A stretch of DNA of 64,000 nt. It comes from Eggerthellaceae bacterium (GTDB lineage Bacteria > Actinomycetota > Coriobacteriia > Coriobacteriales > Eggerthellaceae). Below, piece by piece: positions 1 through 10,411 of this stretch. How positions within the stretch are numbered: position 1 is the stretch's first letter; each line of letters begins with the position of its first letter. Where the stretch lies: positions 4,164 through 68,163 of the forward strand of contig JAZLCO010000085.1 in the NCBI GenBank assembly GCA_045614225.1. The letters run 5' to 3'. The translations under genes were made by a program, and so were the position numbers. A model generated the notes under the pieces. It saw only the letters and a list, made by a program, of their open reading frames with translations. It was not told the DNA's origin and ran no database searches.

Positions 1-1062
1 CACGCCATCGACGACGCGTATGCGGCCGGCATCCTGGGCGAGTCCATCTTGGGCACCGACCACAAGCTCGACCTTTCCATCGTCCGCGGCGGCGGCGCAT
101 TCGTCTGCGGCGAGTCGACGGCGCTCATGGCGTCGATCGAGGGCCGCGTGGGCGAGCCGCGCGCCAAGTACATCCGCAGCGTGCAACGCGGCTTGTTCGA
201 CCACCCGACGGTGCTCAACAACGTCGAGTCGCTCGCTTCGATCCCAACCATCCTGCGCGAAGGCGGCGAGGCGTACGCCCAGGTGGGCACCGAGCGCTCG
301 AAGGGCACGAAAGTGTTCGCCATGGTCGGCAAGGTCAAGCACACGGGCCTCGTCGAGGTCCCCATGGGCACGACACTGCGCACGCTCATCTACGACATCG
401 GCGGTGGCATCATCGACGACCGTCCATTCAAGGCCATTCAGACCGGCGGCCCGTCGGGCGGCTGCATCCCTGAAGAGCTGCTCGACCTTCCCGTCGACTT
501 CGACACCCTCGTCGAATACGGCGCGATGATGGGCTCGGGCGGCATGATCGTCATGGACGACCGCTCGTGCATGGTCGAGGTCGCGCGTTATTACGTCGAC
601 TTCCTGTGCGAGGAAAGTTGCGGCAAGTGCACGCCGTGTCGCGAGGGCCTGCGCCAGATGCGCGCCATCCTGACCGACATCTGCGAAGGCCGCGGCAAAC
701 CAGGCGACATCGAGCTGCTCGAGCGCATCGGGCGCACGATGCAGGACGCATCGCTTTGCGCCCTTGGTCGCACGGCACCGAATCCCGTCATGACCACCAT
801 CAAGTTCTTCCGCGACGAGTACGAAGCGCACATCGACCGCAAGGAATGCCCTGCAGGCGTCTGCGCCGAGCTGACCCAGTTCGCCATCAAGCCCGACGCT
901 TGCACGGGTTGCGGCTTGTGCTCTCGTGCATGCCCTGCCGGCGCCATTTCGGGCGACCGCAAGGAAGTGCACGTCATCGATCCGGCCAAGTGCATCGCCT
1001 GCGGCAGCTGCCGTGAGGCGTGCCGCTTCGATGCGGTGCTGACCGAAAGGAGGCCCGCATGA
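1..1062 (+). CDS. NuoF-like (51-kDa subunit family) NADH-binding Fe-S flavoprotein with C-terminal 2x[4Fe-4S] ferredoxin domain; 5-prime partial at window edge
   Basis: Frame 1 is open from base 1. It contains the motif [31 protein letters not shown] (N3 cluster) and two CxxCxxCxxxCP motifs near the C-terminus. The stop overlaps the next gene's start (ATGA). Confidence 0.85.
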   Translation, partial: HAIDDAYAAGILGESILGTDHKLDLSIVRGGGAFVCGESTALMASIEGRVGEPRAKYIRSVQRGLFDHPTVLNNVESLASIPTILREGGEAYAQVGTERSKGTKVFAMVGKVKHTGLVEVPMGTTLRTLIYDIGGGIIDDRPFKAIQTGGPSGGCIPEELLDLPVDFDTLVEYGAMMGSGGMIVMDDRSCMVEVARYYVDFLCEESCGKCTPCREGLRQMRAILTDICEGRGKPGDIELLERIGRTMQDASLCALGRTAPNPVMTTIKFFRDEYEAHIDRKECPAGVCAELTQFAIKPDACTGCGLCSRACPAGAISGDRKEVHVIDPAKCIACGSCREACRFDAVLTERRPA

Positions 1063-1814
1063 GCGACATGATCACCGTGACCATTGATGGTATCGAATGC
1101 ACCTGTGAAAAGGGCGAATACATCTACGATGTCGCTAAACGCAATGGCATCAAGATTCCGACGCTGTGCCGCCACGACGCGTTCGAAGACCACCGCGCAT
1201 GCTGCCGCATCTGCATCGTGGAAGTCGAACAGCGCGGTCGCACCAAGGTCGTCACTTCGTGCGTCTACCCCATCGACGGCGAATGCGAGATTCGCACGAA
1301 TTCCGAGCGCATCCAGGAAGAGCGCGCAGTGCTTTACGCGCTGCTCGGCCATCGCGCTCCCGAAGCCGAGCTCATCGGCAAGATGAGCCGCCGTCTCGAT
1401 ATGAGCGGATTCGAGCGTCTGGTGTCGATTGACAACGAGAAGTGCATCCTGTGCGGACTGTGCGTACAAGCATGCAACAGTCTGGGCACGGGCGCCATCT
1501 CGACCGTGCTGCGCGGCACGGAGAAGAAGGTGGCAACGCCCTACGATGAGCCTTCGAAGTTCTGTGTCGGCTGCCTGAGCTGCGCGAACGTTTGCCCCAC
1601 TGGTGCCATCGAGTACTCGCAGACCGACACGACCCGCACAATTTGGCACCGCGATTTCGAGCTTCTGCACTGTGCGGAATGCGGTGAGGTCATGGGCACG
1701 GCCGAATCGGTGCGCCATGCAGTCGGCCCCGACGGCGAACTGCCGACCATCTGCGATGCGTGCCGCAAGAAGAAGCTCGCAAACGAGATGATGGCAACAT
1801 ATCGTTACGTGTAA
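1059..1814 (+). CDS. NuoG-N-terminal-like / HydC-like 2Fe-2S plus 4Fe-4S ferredoxin subunit
   Basis: The N-terminus [37 protein letters not shown] matches the 2Fe-2S fer2_4 type, and [11 protein letters not shown] and [12 protein letters not shown] clusters follow. An AGGAGG RBS lies upstream of the ATG at 1059, and there is ATGA coupling to the NuoF-like gene. Confidence 0.8.
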   Translation: MSDMITVTIDGIECTCEKGEYIYDVAKRNGIKIPTLCRHDAFEDHRACCRICIVEVEQRGRTKVVTSCVYPIDGECEIRTNSERIQEERAVLYALLGHRAPEAELIGKMSRRLDMSGFERLVSIDNEKCILCGLCVQACNSLGTGAISTVLRGTEKKVATPYDEPSKFCVGCLSCANVCPTGAIEYSQTDTTRTIWHRDFELLHCAECGEVMGTAESVRHAVGPDGELPTICDACRKKKLANEMMATYRYV

Positions 1815-1908
1815 TCAGCAAACCTGGCTGGAAGGCCAGTCCCTTACGGCCAGGAAGCTGTTATGCGCCACCGCATAAGTCGAGTTGACCCCTCGCCGCG
1901 GCGGAAAG

Positions 1909-1953
1909 GATGAGCCGGAGCGCTTCCCAATACCCACAGCGCCCCGGCTCATC
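1909..1953 (+). terminator. GC-rich hairpin downstream of the Fe-S operon (possible terminator, weak T-tract)
   Basis: gatgagccggagcgc ... gcgccccggctcatc forms a stem of about 13 bp, followed by tatacttt. Confidence 0.35.
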
Positions 1954-2015
1954 TATACTTTAACACCATATCAAACGCTAATGAACACAGTCATCATTAG
2001 AATGAGGAACTGACT

Positions 2016-2714
2016 ATGAATTTCCCGCACCGATACGACCGCAACAAGATCGCCCTTTCCGAAGAGGAATGCGCCTCGCTTGCCGATAAGCGAATCGTTG
2101 TCGTCGGTTGCGGCGGATTGGGCGGTTCGGTCATCGAAGCACTCGCCCGCATAGGTGTCGGCCATTTGCGCGTCATCGACGGCGACGTCTTCGAAGAGAG
2201 CAACCTCAACCGACAGCTGCTCTGCACCGAGGACGTGCTTGGACGTGAGAAAGCCGTCGTGGCTGCTGAACGAATACGTGCAATCAATGGCAGCGTCGAA
2301 GTTGAACCCGTTGTTTCATATCTGGGCGAAGCGAATGCTGCTGCACTGTTCTACGGTGCCGACTGCGTTGTCGATTGCCTCGACAACCTCGAAGCGCGCT
2401 TCTGGGCAGCGCACGCCTGTCAGAACCTCGGGATTCCCATCGTGTATGGCGCCATCGCCGGCTGGTTCGGTCAGGTGTGCACAGTTTATTCGGGCGACTC
2501 CTCGTTCGCCTGCGCATATGGCGAGCCCTTCGAAAGCGGTGGCGAAAGCCAACACAAAAAGCTGGGCAACCTTCCCTACACCGCCTACGTCATCGCTGCC
2601 ATTCAAGCTGCAGAAGCAGTGAAGGTCGTCTTGGGGAAACCGGGGCAAATCCGCAACCGCCTGCTCATGGTCGACTTGCTCGACGGTTCGGTCGATGACA
2701 TGGAGCTGAGGTAA
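2016..2714 (+). CDS. ThiF/MoeB/HesA-family E1-like adenylyltransferase
   Basis: Contains the Rossmann motif VVVGCGGLGGSVIEALARIGVGHLRVIDGDVFEESNLNRQ. Confidence 0.8.
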   Translation: MNFPHRYDRNKIALSEEECASLADKRIVVVGCGGLGGSVIEALARIGVGHLRVIDGDVFEESNLNRQLLCTEDVLGREKAVVAAERIRAINGSVEVEPVVSYLGEANAAALFYGADCVVDCLDNLEARFWAAHACQNLGIPIVYGAIAGWFGQVCTVYSGDSSFACAYGEPFESGGESQHKKLGNLPYTAYVIAAIQAAEAVKVVLGKPGQIRNRLLMVDLLDGSVDDMELR

Positions 2715-2722
2715 CGCGCACC

Positions 2723-3004
2723 ATGCTGACGGCAGACGCGAATCGAATCGACCTCGATTGCGGCATTTCATATGCACGCATCGCCTCTTGGCTCGACGAT
2801 GAGCTAGGCCTTCCGCATGAGCGGGAATGCTGGGTCTATACCCTGGAAATGCAAATCTGCACCATCGCACTCGAGCCACTCGAGGACCGCCCGCTCGGAG
2901 CTGTCCGTCTCGAGCGATCTCACCTGACCGCACTCGGAGACCGCGACGCACTCGCCTCTTTCGAAAAGCTGTTCACACTGCGCTTCATCTCCGCAGGCGG
3001 GTGA
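2723..3004 (+). CDS. hypothetical protein (93 aa), likely co-transcribed with the ThiF-family gene
   Basis: The ORF starts 8 nt after the upstream stop and has GC3-rich codon usage. I recognised no motif. Confidence 0.4.
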   Translation: MLTADANRIDLDCGISYARIASWLDDELGLPHERECWVYTLEMQICTIALEPLEDRPLGAVRLERSHLTALGDRDALASFEKLFTLRFISAGG

Positions 3005-3006
3005 GC

Positions 3007-3933
3007 TCAGCTTTCCGCTGCCTCGGTTTCCGAGTCTTTAGAAGGCGGCTCGAAACTCGCCAGCACCACAGCCGCCAGAATCAGAGCAATACCTGCCAGC
3101 TTTTGAGGACCTGCGCTCTCCCCATATGCGAAGATACCCAACACGCTGCCAACGAGCGGTTCGACTGTCGCGAACACCGCTGCCATGCTGGGGTCGAGAT
3201 GCTCGAGCCCGAGCGTGTACAAGAGAAACGGCATGATGGTGCAAAGAACGCCTAGACCCACGTACCATGCGATTAGAACCGGATCGGTAGCTGCCACCGC
3301 AACGACAGCGCCCAAATCCCCAAGCGCAAGGCTTGCAGCAAAACCGAACACGAACGTGTAGAACGTGATTGTCAGAGAGCTGTAGCGATTGAGGGCAACC
3401 CTCCCGAAAATCGAATACAACCCGTAGAAAAAGCCTGACGCGATGCCAACCAGCAATACGAAGGGCGTCAGCTGAACTGCTCCTCCAAGCAAACCGGAGA
3501 CCAGAACACAGCCTAAAAACGTGCAGGCGATTGCCAGCACTTTTCGCCCAGTCACACGCTCTTTGAAGAACAACGCCGACATGAGCATGACGAAGATGGG
3601 CGACGTGTACAACAGCACAACGGCAATGGACGCCTCGCTCATGGTCATGCACATGAAATAGCATACGTTGAACATCGTGACGGAGATGACACCCGTGCCG
3701 ATGAACATCCAGATGTCTCGCAACCGAAAGCGCAGAAGATTCCGGTCAACGAAGAGAATGACGGCCAACATGCCGATGGCGCCGACCAGCATGCGCACGC
3801 ATGTGATGTCCATTGCCGACAGCCCTACGGCATCGAGCTGGCGCACGAACAGGCTGATGCAGCCCCATAGCGCACCTGCCGCCAACACGCATACTGTTGC
3901 TTTCACCCGTGACATGCCGTCATGATACCGCAT
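3007..3933 (-). CDS. EamA/DMT-superfamily transporter
   Basis: About 10 hydrophobic helices with a duplicated EamA-like organisation. The true start may be the internal MSRVKAT. Confidence 0.75.
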   Translation of the reverse strand: MRYHDGMSRVKATVCVLAAGALWGCISLFVRQLDAVGLSAMDITCVRMLVGAIGMLAVILFVDRNLLRFRLRDIWMFIGTGVISVTMFNVCYFMCMTMSEASIAVVLLYTSPIFVMLMSALFFKERVTGRKVLAIACTFLGCVLVSGLLGGAVQLTPFVLLVGIASGFFYGLYSIFGRVALNRYSSLTITFYTFVFGFAASLALGDLGAVVAVAATDPVLIAWYVGLGVLCTIMPFLLYTLGLEHLDPSMAAVFATVEPLVGSVLGIFAYGESAGPQKLAGIALILAAVVLASFEPPSKDSETEAAES

Positions 3934-4009
3934 GCATCAGGCTCTGCTGGAAGCTCCGTCGTTTACAACAAGCAACGTGGGCAGAACAGACGTCGATTCA
4001 GCGCATTTG

Positions 4010-4933
4010 TTACAAGTTGTCGCGCACCCACTGGATATTGGAGGTGACGGTGGCGATGAGTTCTTCGGTCGAATCGAACTTGATCATGGGACGCAGATAC
4101 TTGACGAACTCAATGGTGACGTCCTGGCCGACAAGGTCGCCTGAGAAGTCGAGGATGTGCACCTCGATGTTGGCTGTCGTTGCGGCTTCGAATGTGGGGG
4201 ACACACCAACCGACACCGCCGCCTTGTAGCGAACGCCCGCAACGGTCGCGTACGCCGCGTAAACACCTTCGCCGAGCACGCGGTCGTGAGGCTTCACAAG
4301 CAAGTTCGCCGTCGCGAAGCCCATGTCGGTCCCCTCGCCGCGCCCACGCTGCACCGTCTCGCGCAGCGAGTACAGATGGCCAAGCAGGCGATTGGCCTCA
4401 TCGAGCTTGCAGTCGAGCAGCAGCAAACGAATACGCGTGGCCGTAATGGGCGCCCCATCGGCGCTCACAAGCTGGTGCGGGTGAATCTCGCAACCCACAC
4501 GACTGCCCCATTCCTGCAACGTGACCACCGTGCCGGCTGCCCGCGCACCGAACCTGAAATCCTCGCCCACATGCATGTGCGCGGGAACTCCTTTGGGGAA
4601 TGCGGTCTCGAGGAACTCTTCGGGACTCTTCGTGTAGAACTGCTCGTTGAACGGGATGACAACCACGTCGTCAACGCCCGACGTCTCAAGAGCCGCCAGA
4701 CGATCGGCATTGCGCATGAGCTTCTTCAACCGGTCGGGATGGAACACTTCGTCGGGATCGATGTCGAACGTGATGGCGATAGCACGATTCCCTATCGGCC
4801 GCGTGCTCACGGCTTGGTCGATAAGATACCGATGTCCTGTGTGCAGACCGTCGAACACGCCGAACGCGCATGACGCGCCCACGAGCACTCCCCAGTCGAA
4901 TGATTCATTTGCAATGTAAAGCGCCATCCGCAA
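4010..4933 (-). CDS. ribF: bifunctional riboflavin kinase / FMN adenylyltransferase
   Basis: GVFDGLHTGHRYLI is the FAD-synthetase nucleotidyltransferase motif, and RGRGEGTDMGFATANL plus VHILDF match the riboflavin kinase domain. Confidence 0.9.
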   Translation of the reverse strand: MRMALYIANESFDWGVLVGASCAFGVFDGLHTGHRYLIDQAVSTRPIGNRAIAITFDIDPDEVFHPDRLKKLMRNADRLAALETSGVDDVVVIPFNEQFYTKSPEEFLETAFPKGVPAHMHVGEDFRFGARAAGTVVTLQEWGSRVGCEIHPHQLVSADGAPITATRIRLLLLDCKLDEANRLLGHLYSLRETVQRGRGEGTDMGFATANLLVKPHDRVLGEGVYAAYATVAGVRYKAAVSVGVSPTFEAATTANIEVHILDFSGDLVGQDVTIEFVKYLRPMIKFDSTEELIATVTSNIQWVRDNL

Positions 4934-5080
4934 TCCTGTCTAAATGAGTCACTTTGACTGACAAAGTGACTCATCCGATTATAGGCAACTTATCCATCGC
5001 GAGCAGGAACAAACGGCTTGCACTGTGACCGATTTGTCTATTGCAGGCACTAATAGCCAGCGCTACAATCCATAATTGTA

Positions 5081-5225
5081 CTGTTTCAGGGCGAGGTGAA
5101 ATTCCTCACTGGCGGTAATCGAGCGGCAATACCGTCTCGTAAGTCCGCGACCCGGGCAAGCGCATTGCCTGGCTGATCCGGTGAAAATCCGGAACCAACG
5201 GTTAAAGTCCGGATGGAAGAGACAG
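5081..5225 (+). promoter_or_regulatory. FMN riboswitch (RFN element)
   Basis: The conserved core AGGGCGAGGTGAAATTCC ... CCGGTGAAAATCCGGAACCAACGGTTAAAGTCCGGATGGAAGAG is present. The P1 stem pairs ctgtttc with gagacag. The 3-prime P1 strand abuts the GGAGG SD of ribU, which suggests translational control. Confidence 0.9.
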
Positions 5226-5235
5226 GAGGATACCT

Positions 5236-5829
5236 ATGTCTACGTATGCGCAGAATCAGAACGGCCAGATCCAGAACACGAACCGGTGGAGCACCAAGCA
5301 GTTGGTGACCATGGCGCTCATGTGTGCCATCGCCATCCTGCTGAGCTTCCTCGAGTTCCCCATCTTCCCGGCCGCATCGTTCCTCAAACTTGACATCTCC
5401 TTCGTGCCGTCAGCCGTCATGGGCTTCGCCTACGGCACCGGCCCCGGCATCCTTGTGGGCGTTGCATGCGCCGTAGTGCACGGCGCCATCACGGGCAATT
5501 GGGTGGGCTGCCTGATGAACATCATCGCCTGCTGTGCGTTCGTCATCCCTGCAGCGGCCATCTACAAGCGCAACCGCACGTTCAAGGGCGCCATGGTCGG
5601 ACTCATCATCTCGATCGTATGCTTGGTCGTAGCCGCCATCATTGCAAACCTGGTCATCGACCCCGCGTTCTACGGCATCCCGTTCGACGTGGTGAAGGGG
5701 CTGATCGTGCCAGCTATCCTGCCATTCAACATCATCAAAGGCGCGGTAATCGCCGCGTTGACAGGCATCGTCTACAAGAGCATCTCAAACCTGATCACAC
5801 CAAAAAAAGACCAGGTGAAAGGTCGCTAA
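5236..5829 (+). CDS. ribU: ECF-transporter S component, riboflavin-specific (RibU-like)
   Basis: A six-helix small membrane protein that sits directly behind the FMN riboswitch and directly upstream of the ecfA/ecfT genes. Confidence 0.8.
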   Translation: MSTYAQNQNGQIQNTNRWSTKQLVTMALMCAIAILLSFLEFPIFPAASFLKLDISFVPSAVMGFAYGTGPGILVGVACAVVHGAITGNWVGCLMNIIACCAFVIPAAAIYKRNRTFKGAMVGLIISIVCLVVAAIIANLVIDPAFYGIPFDVVKGLIVPAILPFNIIKGAVIAALTGIVYKSISNLITPKKDQVKGR

Positions 5830-5895
5830 TAGCAATTGCACCGGCTAGTTGTAAATTCAATTGGCACATAGCACTAACCCCAGACTAGACAAGGA

Positions 5896-7740
5896 ATGCA
5901 CCACTCCATGCCTATCATCGATTTCAGCAACGTACGGTTCAGCTACGACGGAAAACGCAATGCACTTGACGGCGTGACGCTCGCCATCGAGCCTGGCTCG
6001 TTCGTCTGCGTGCTCGGCGGCAACGGCAGCGGCAAGTCGACGCTCGCCAAGCATATCAACGCGTTGCTCGCACCCGATGAGGGGCACGTGCGAGTGCTTG
6101 GTCGCGACACGTCCGAACCCGAAAACGTGTTCTTCGTGCGGAGCAACGCGGGCATGGTGTTCCAAAACCCTGACGACCAAATCGTCGCAAGTGTCATTGA
6201 AAACGATGTAGCATTTGGCCCTGAAAACCTCGGCGTGCCCACCGACGAGCTACGCTCACGCGTGACGACGGCGTTGGCTCAAGTGGGCCTTCGAGGCTTC
6301 GAGAAAAAGCAAACCGAAACGCTTTCAGGCGGCCAAAAACAACGAGTCGCCGTGGCAGGCGTCCTCGCCATGGAACCGCAGATTCTCATCTTGGACGAAG
6401 CCAGCGCCATGCTCGACCCGCGCGGACGGGCTGGCCTTCTGCGCGTGTGCCGCGAGCTGAACTTCGCAGGCCTCACCATCGTGCTCATCACGCATTTCAT
6501 GGAAGAGGCGGCGCTCGCCGACCGCGTCATCGTGCTTGACGATGGCCACGTAGCGCTCGACGGTACTCCCGAAGAGGTGTTGTTGCAGGCGAACCGCTTG
6601 GTCGAACTTGCGCTCGACGTACCATTTGCAACACAACTCAGCATGAAGCTTTCTGAGCTGGGCGTACCGGTGAAGGTACGTGCAGACGAAAGCGAACTCG
6701 AATCCGAGCTCATTGAGCTGTTCGCAAAACGAGAGGGCAGTTCTCCCGCTTCCGTGGAAGCGGTTGGGGAAACATACAATGGCGGAAAGCAAGATGATCA
6801 TTCCCCCGCCCCTTCCGTCATTCGATTCGAGAACGTCTCGTTCACCTATGAGCCTATCTCGCAATCGCGCCGCAAGAAATCCTCAGTCGCACCCGAGGGC
6901 AAACAGGCTGATTGGGGGCGCTCGCCATCCGAGTATTGGGCGCTCAAGGACCTGACATTCGAAGTCCGGAAAGGCGAATTCTTCGGTATCGCCGGCCACA
7001 CAGGCAGCGGGAAAAGCACGCTCATCCAGCTGGCAAACGGACTATTGAAACCCAACGAGGGCGCTGTGCACGTCGAAGGACGGTCGCTGGCCGACAAACG
7101 CATTGCGTCTGAAGCACGCCGAGACGTCGGAGTCGTCTTCCAATATCCCGAGCATCAGCTGTTCGCCGCAACTGTTTTCGACGACGTGGCGTTCGGTCCG
7201 AAGAACTTGGGTTACTCGACTGAACAAATCGAGGAAAGCGTTCGCACAGCCATGGAAATGGTGCACCTTGACCTCGACGAGCTGCGCGATCGTAACCCAT
7301 TCGAACTATCGGGCGGACAGCAACGCCGCGTCGCATTCGCCGGCGTACTCGCCATGCAGCCGCACACGCTTGTGCTGGACGAACCCGTTGCCGGCCTTGA
7401 CCCCCGTGCCAAACGGCGGTTCCTCGATCTTTTGGTCGAACTACGCGACAAGCAGGGGCTCACCGTCGTCGTTGTGTCGCATAACATGGACGACTTGGCG
7501 GAACTGTGCGATTACGTCCTCGTGCTCAACGAAGGACGCCTGTTTGCGCTTGGCAACCCGTCGACCGTCTTTGCCGATGAGCGCAAGCTCAAGGATGTCG
7601 GGCTGGGCGTGCCGCATGCCGTACACCTGGCGAACCGCCTCAAGAATGCAGGCATCGAGCTGCCAATCAGCCCCGTTCCGAGCTTTGACGAGCTGGCGTC
7701 TGCCATCGCGTCGGATCTGGCTGTGCAGGAAGGTCGCTAA
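5896..7740 (+). CDS. ecfA: fused ECF-transporter ATPase (EcfA1-EcfA2 in one polypeptide)
   Basis: Two complete ABC domains are present: GGNGSGKST with LSGGQKQRVAVAG, and GHTGSGKST with LSGGQQRRVAFAG. The start may be the internal MPIIDF at 5908. Confidence 0.9.
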   Translation: MHHSMPIIDFSNVRFSYDGKRNALDGVTLAIEPGSFVCVLGGNGSGKSTLAKHINALLAPDEGHVRVLGRDTSEPENVFFVRSNAGMVFQNPDDQIVASVIENDVAFGPENLGVPTDELRSRVTTALAQVGLRGFEKKQTETLSGGQKQRVAVAGVLAMEPQILILDEASAMLDPRGRAGLLRVCRELNFAGLTIVLITHFMEEAALADRVIVLDDGHVALDGTPEEVLLQANRLVELALDVPFATQLSMKLSELGVPVKVRADESELESELIELFAKREGSSPASVEAVGETYNGGKQDDHSPAPSVIRFENVSFTYEPISQSRRKKSSVAPEGKQADWGRSPSEYWALKDLTFEVRKGEFFGIAGHTGSGKSTLIQLANGLLKPNEGAVHVEGRSLADKRIASEARRDVGVVFQYPEHQLFAATVFDDVAFGPKNLGYSTEQIEESVRTAMEMVHLDLDELRDRNPFELSGGQQRRVAFAGVLAMQPHTLVLDEPVAGLDPRAKRRFLDLLVELRDKQGLTVVVVSHNMDDLAELCDYVLVLNEGRLFALGNPSTVFADERKLKDVGLGVPHAVHLANRLKNAGIELPISPVPSFDELASAIASDLAVQEGR

Positions 7741-7743
7741 GCC

Positions 7744-8547
7744 ATGTCGCGAGGCGCCCTGTTCGGCCGATATTGGGAAGCAAACAGCCCCATCCACCGA
7801 CTCGATCCACGTATGAAAATCGTGGGAACGGTTCTGCTTATCGTCACAGTGTTCTGCGCAGGGAACTTTCCTGCTCTCGGGCTGGTCGCATTGTGCATGG
7901 TGAGCATGTTCCTCATCGCCCGCGTGCCTCTGCTCCAAGCGCTGCGATCGATTGCGCCGCTTTCGTTCATCATCGTTCTCACGGCACTGTTCAACCTGTT
8001 CTACATCCAGGGGGGCACTGTCTATGCTGACTGGGGCTGGCTTTCCGTCAGCGAGGAGGGCGTACGTCAAGCGGTGTTCATGGCCATCCGCCTAACCTTG
8101 ATGTTGCTCACGGGCAGCCTGCTCACGCTGACCACCACCTCGCTCGACATCACCGAGGCGCTCGAGCGTCTTCTCATGCCGCTTTCCCGCATAGGTGTTC
8201 CCGCCCATGAGTTTTCGTTGGTCATGGGAATCGCCTTGAAGTTCCTTCCCCAGTTCGCCGAAGAGTTCAGAGTCATCAGGGCGGCGCAGCTTGCGCGAGG
8301 CGCAAAGCTTGCAACAAGCCCCGTGAAAGGCGGTCTCGCAGGTTTGACGAGCCTTCTGATTCCACTGTTCACAAGTGCATTTAGACATGCTGACACACTG
8401 TCGTCGGCAATGGATGCACGTTGCTACCACGGCGCCGAAGGCCGCACGCGTTTGAATCCCCTCAGGTTCAGTCAGCGCGATGCAGCCGCCCTCGCCGCAC
8501 TTGTCTTGCTTCTCGGCTTGACGATAGCCACAAGCTTGCTGCTCTAA
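7744..8547 (+). CDS. ecfT: ECF-transporter transmembrane T component
   Basis: The gene starts 3 nt after ecfA. It is polytopic and contains a RAAQLARGA coupling-helix-like motif. Confidence 0.85.
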   Translation: MSRGALFGRYWEANSPIHRLDPRMKIVGTVLLIVTVFCAGNFPALGLVALCMVSMFLIARVPLLQALRSIAPLSFIIVLTALFNLFYIQGGTVYADWGWLSVSEEGVRQAVFMAIRLTLMLLTGSLLTLTTTSLDITEALERLLMPLSRIGVPAHEFSLVMGIALKFLPQFAEEFRVIRAAQLARGAKLATSPVKGGLAGLTSLLIPLFTSAFRHADTLSSAMDARCYHGAEGRTRLNPLRFSQRDAAALAALVLLLGLTIATSLLL

Positions 8548-8643
8548 TAACGTATAGGGCTGTCGATCTCGACGCAGATGGTCACGAAAACAGTGTTTGC
8601 GTAAAAACGCACCTCAAATGGGTGGTTCGCTCACTATTTCCGC

Positions 8644-10134
8644 TTACTTCTCGGGAAAGAACGCCTCGAGCGCATTCTTTTCTGTGGGTTTGCCCACCAG
8701 CGAGCCGATGATCATGAGCACGAGCGCCACAGTGATGCCGATCGTGATTTGGTGCAGGCCGGCAATCTTGAACCCGAGCGCCATGGCCACGCAATAGGCC
8801 AGTGTGCCGCCGCCCATCGAAAGCAGTGCGCCCGCTTTGCTCGCGCGCTTCCAGAACAAGCCACCCACGAGCACCCAGCAAAACGCCGTCTCGAGTCCGC
8901 CGAACGCGAACATGTTGATCTTCCAAATCACATCAGGCGGCACGATGGAGAGCACGAACACGACAGCGCCAATGACGAACGTGACAACCTGGCTTGCGCG
9001 TACGACCGTGTTCTCAGGAGCACGCTCACCCTTCGCCTGCACATGGTGCAGCCACAAATCCTTGATGATGGCCGACGAACTGGCGATGAGCAAACTCGAT
9101 ACCGTGGATATGGATGCCGCAATCGGGCCGATGATAGCGATGCCCGCAAGCCAAGGCGGCAGGCTTTGCACGATGGCCGTCGGGATGATGTTGTCAACGC
9201 TTCCGCCGTAGTCAGCTAGGTTGCCGGTAAGAACACCTGCTGACAAAACACCGAGCGCCGTGACGCCGATCATCATGGCGCCGCAGATGACCGTGCCCCA
9301 AATCATGGCACGATGCAGCGACTTCGTGTCCTTGTAGCTCATGGTGCGCACGACGCTCTGCGGCAGGCAGAACGTGAACACGCCGACGAGCAGCCACTGT
9401 GTGAAGTACAGGCCGATGGGCATGTTGCCACCGGAAAGGGGTTCCATCATCTCGGGATGGTTCGTGGCGATCGTGTCCATGATGTTGGCATAGCCGCCTC
9501 CGGCAGACAGGATGCCGCCCGCCAGAACGACGATGCCGACGATCATGGCGATGCCGCACAACGCGTCCGTGAATGCCACGCCGCGGAAACCGCCGATGGT
9601 CGTGAACAGAATGACCGCGATGCCAAATATCGCAAGGCCCATGACGTAACTGTAGCCAGTCACCGCCTCGAAGAGTTTGGCGCCACCCACAAACTGAGCG
9701 ATCATCGTCGTCGCAAAGAACAGGACAAGGATTGCAGCAGACAGTACAGCAAGCGCGTTGGACTGATAACGTTCGCGGATGACGTCGATGACCGTGACTG
9801 CACCGAGCTTGCGACTGACGAGCGCCATCTTCTTGCCCAGGATGCCGTAAAGCAGGAAGAGGGCGGTAACCTGGACTGTGGCCATGTAAACCCAGCCCCA
9901 GCCAATCGACCAAGCCTGGCCGGGACCACCGACGAAACTCGACACGCTGCCGTACGTTGCGATGGTCGTCATGGCCAACACGAACGGACCGAGGCTTCTG
10001 TTGCCGATGAAGTATTCGGTGACAAACCCGCCACCACCCGCCGCTGCTTGGCGACGCGCGAAGACGGCGATCACGAGAGCGATGACGAGAAAAAGCGCAA
10101 CGGGGAGCAAGCCGGCGACCGCGATGCTATTCAT
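8644..10134 (-). CDS. sodium:solute symporter family transporter (PanF-like)
   Basis: A 496-aa protein with about 13 TM helices and SSF-type architecture. It is preceded by, and overlaps, a YhdT-like small membrane gene, as in the E. coli yhdT-panF pair. Confidence 0.7.
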   Translation of the reverse strand: MNSIAVAGLLPVALFLVIALVIAVFARRQAAAGGGGFVTEYFIGNRSLGPFVLAMTTIATYGSVSSFVGGPGQAWSIGWGWVYMATVQVTALFLLYGILGKKMALVSRKLGAVTVIDVIRERYQSNALAVLSAAILVLFFATTMIAQFVGGAKLFEAVTGYSYVMGLAIFGIAVILFTTIGGFRGVAFTDALCGIAMIVGIVVLAGGILSAGGGYANIMDTIATNHPEMMEPLSGGNMPIGLYFTQWLLVGVFTFCLPQSVVRTMSYKDTKSLHRAMIWGTVICGAMMIGVTALGVLSAGVLTGNLADYGGSVDNIIPTAIVQSLPPWLAGIAIIGPIAASISTVSSLLIASSSAIIKDLWLHHVQAKGERAPENTVVRASQVVTFVIGAVVFVLSIVPPDVIWKINMFAFGGLETAFCWVLVGGLFWKRASKAGALLSMGGGTLAYCVAMALGFKIAGLHQITIGITVALVLMIIGSLVGKPTEKNALEAFFPEK

Positions 10135-10411
10135 GGCAGACCTCCCCTTCCGAATCGCTCACGCTGTTTTCGTCGTCAAGATCGAACCCGACGAACACTT
10201 TCTTAGCGAGCACAACAACCACGACAATCGAACAAATCCAGGTGCCTATCGTCCCACCGATAACCCAGAGCGGGGTGTGGAACAGCGTGATGTCGAACCC
10301 TGCGAGACCGAAGCCGCAGACAATCCAGACAACTATCGTGATAACGAGCGCAACGACCGTGGCAATTGCTTCGCGATTCGCCTGCTCGTGTTTCTGTTTG
10401 TACGAAAACAT
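10127..10411 (-). CDS. YhdT-like (DUF997) small membrane protein
   Basis: I take the internal ATG at 10411, which has a GGAAGAAAGG RBS. The product has two TM helices and overlaps the symporter start by 8 nt. Confidence 0.5.
   Translation of the reverse strand: MFSYKQKHEQANREAIATVVALVITIVVWIVCGFGLAGFDITLFHTPLWVIGGTIGTWICSIVVVVVLAKKVFVGFDLDDENSVSDSEGEVCHE

Noticed and set aside
591-1718. A 375-aa ORF antisense to the NuoF-like and NuoG-like genes.
   Set aside because: It is an Ala/Arg/Gly-rich shadow frame typical of high-GC DNA, and the opposite strand carries unmistakable Fe-S protein motifs.
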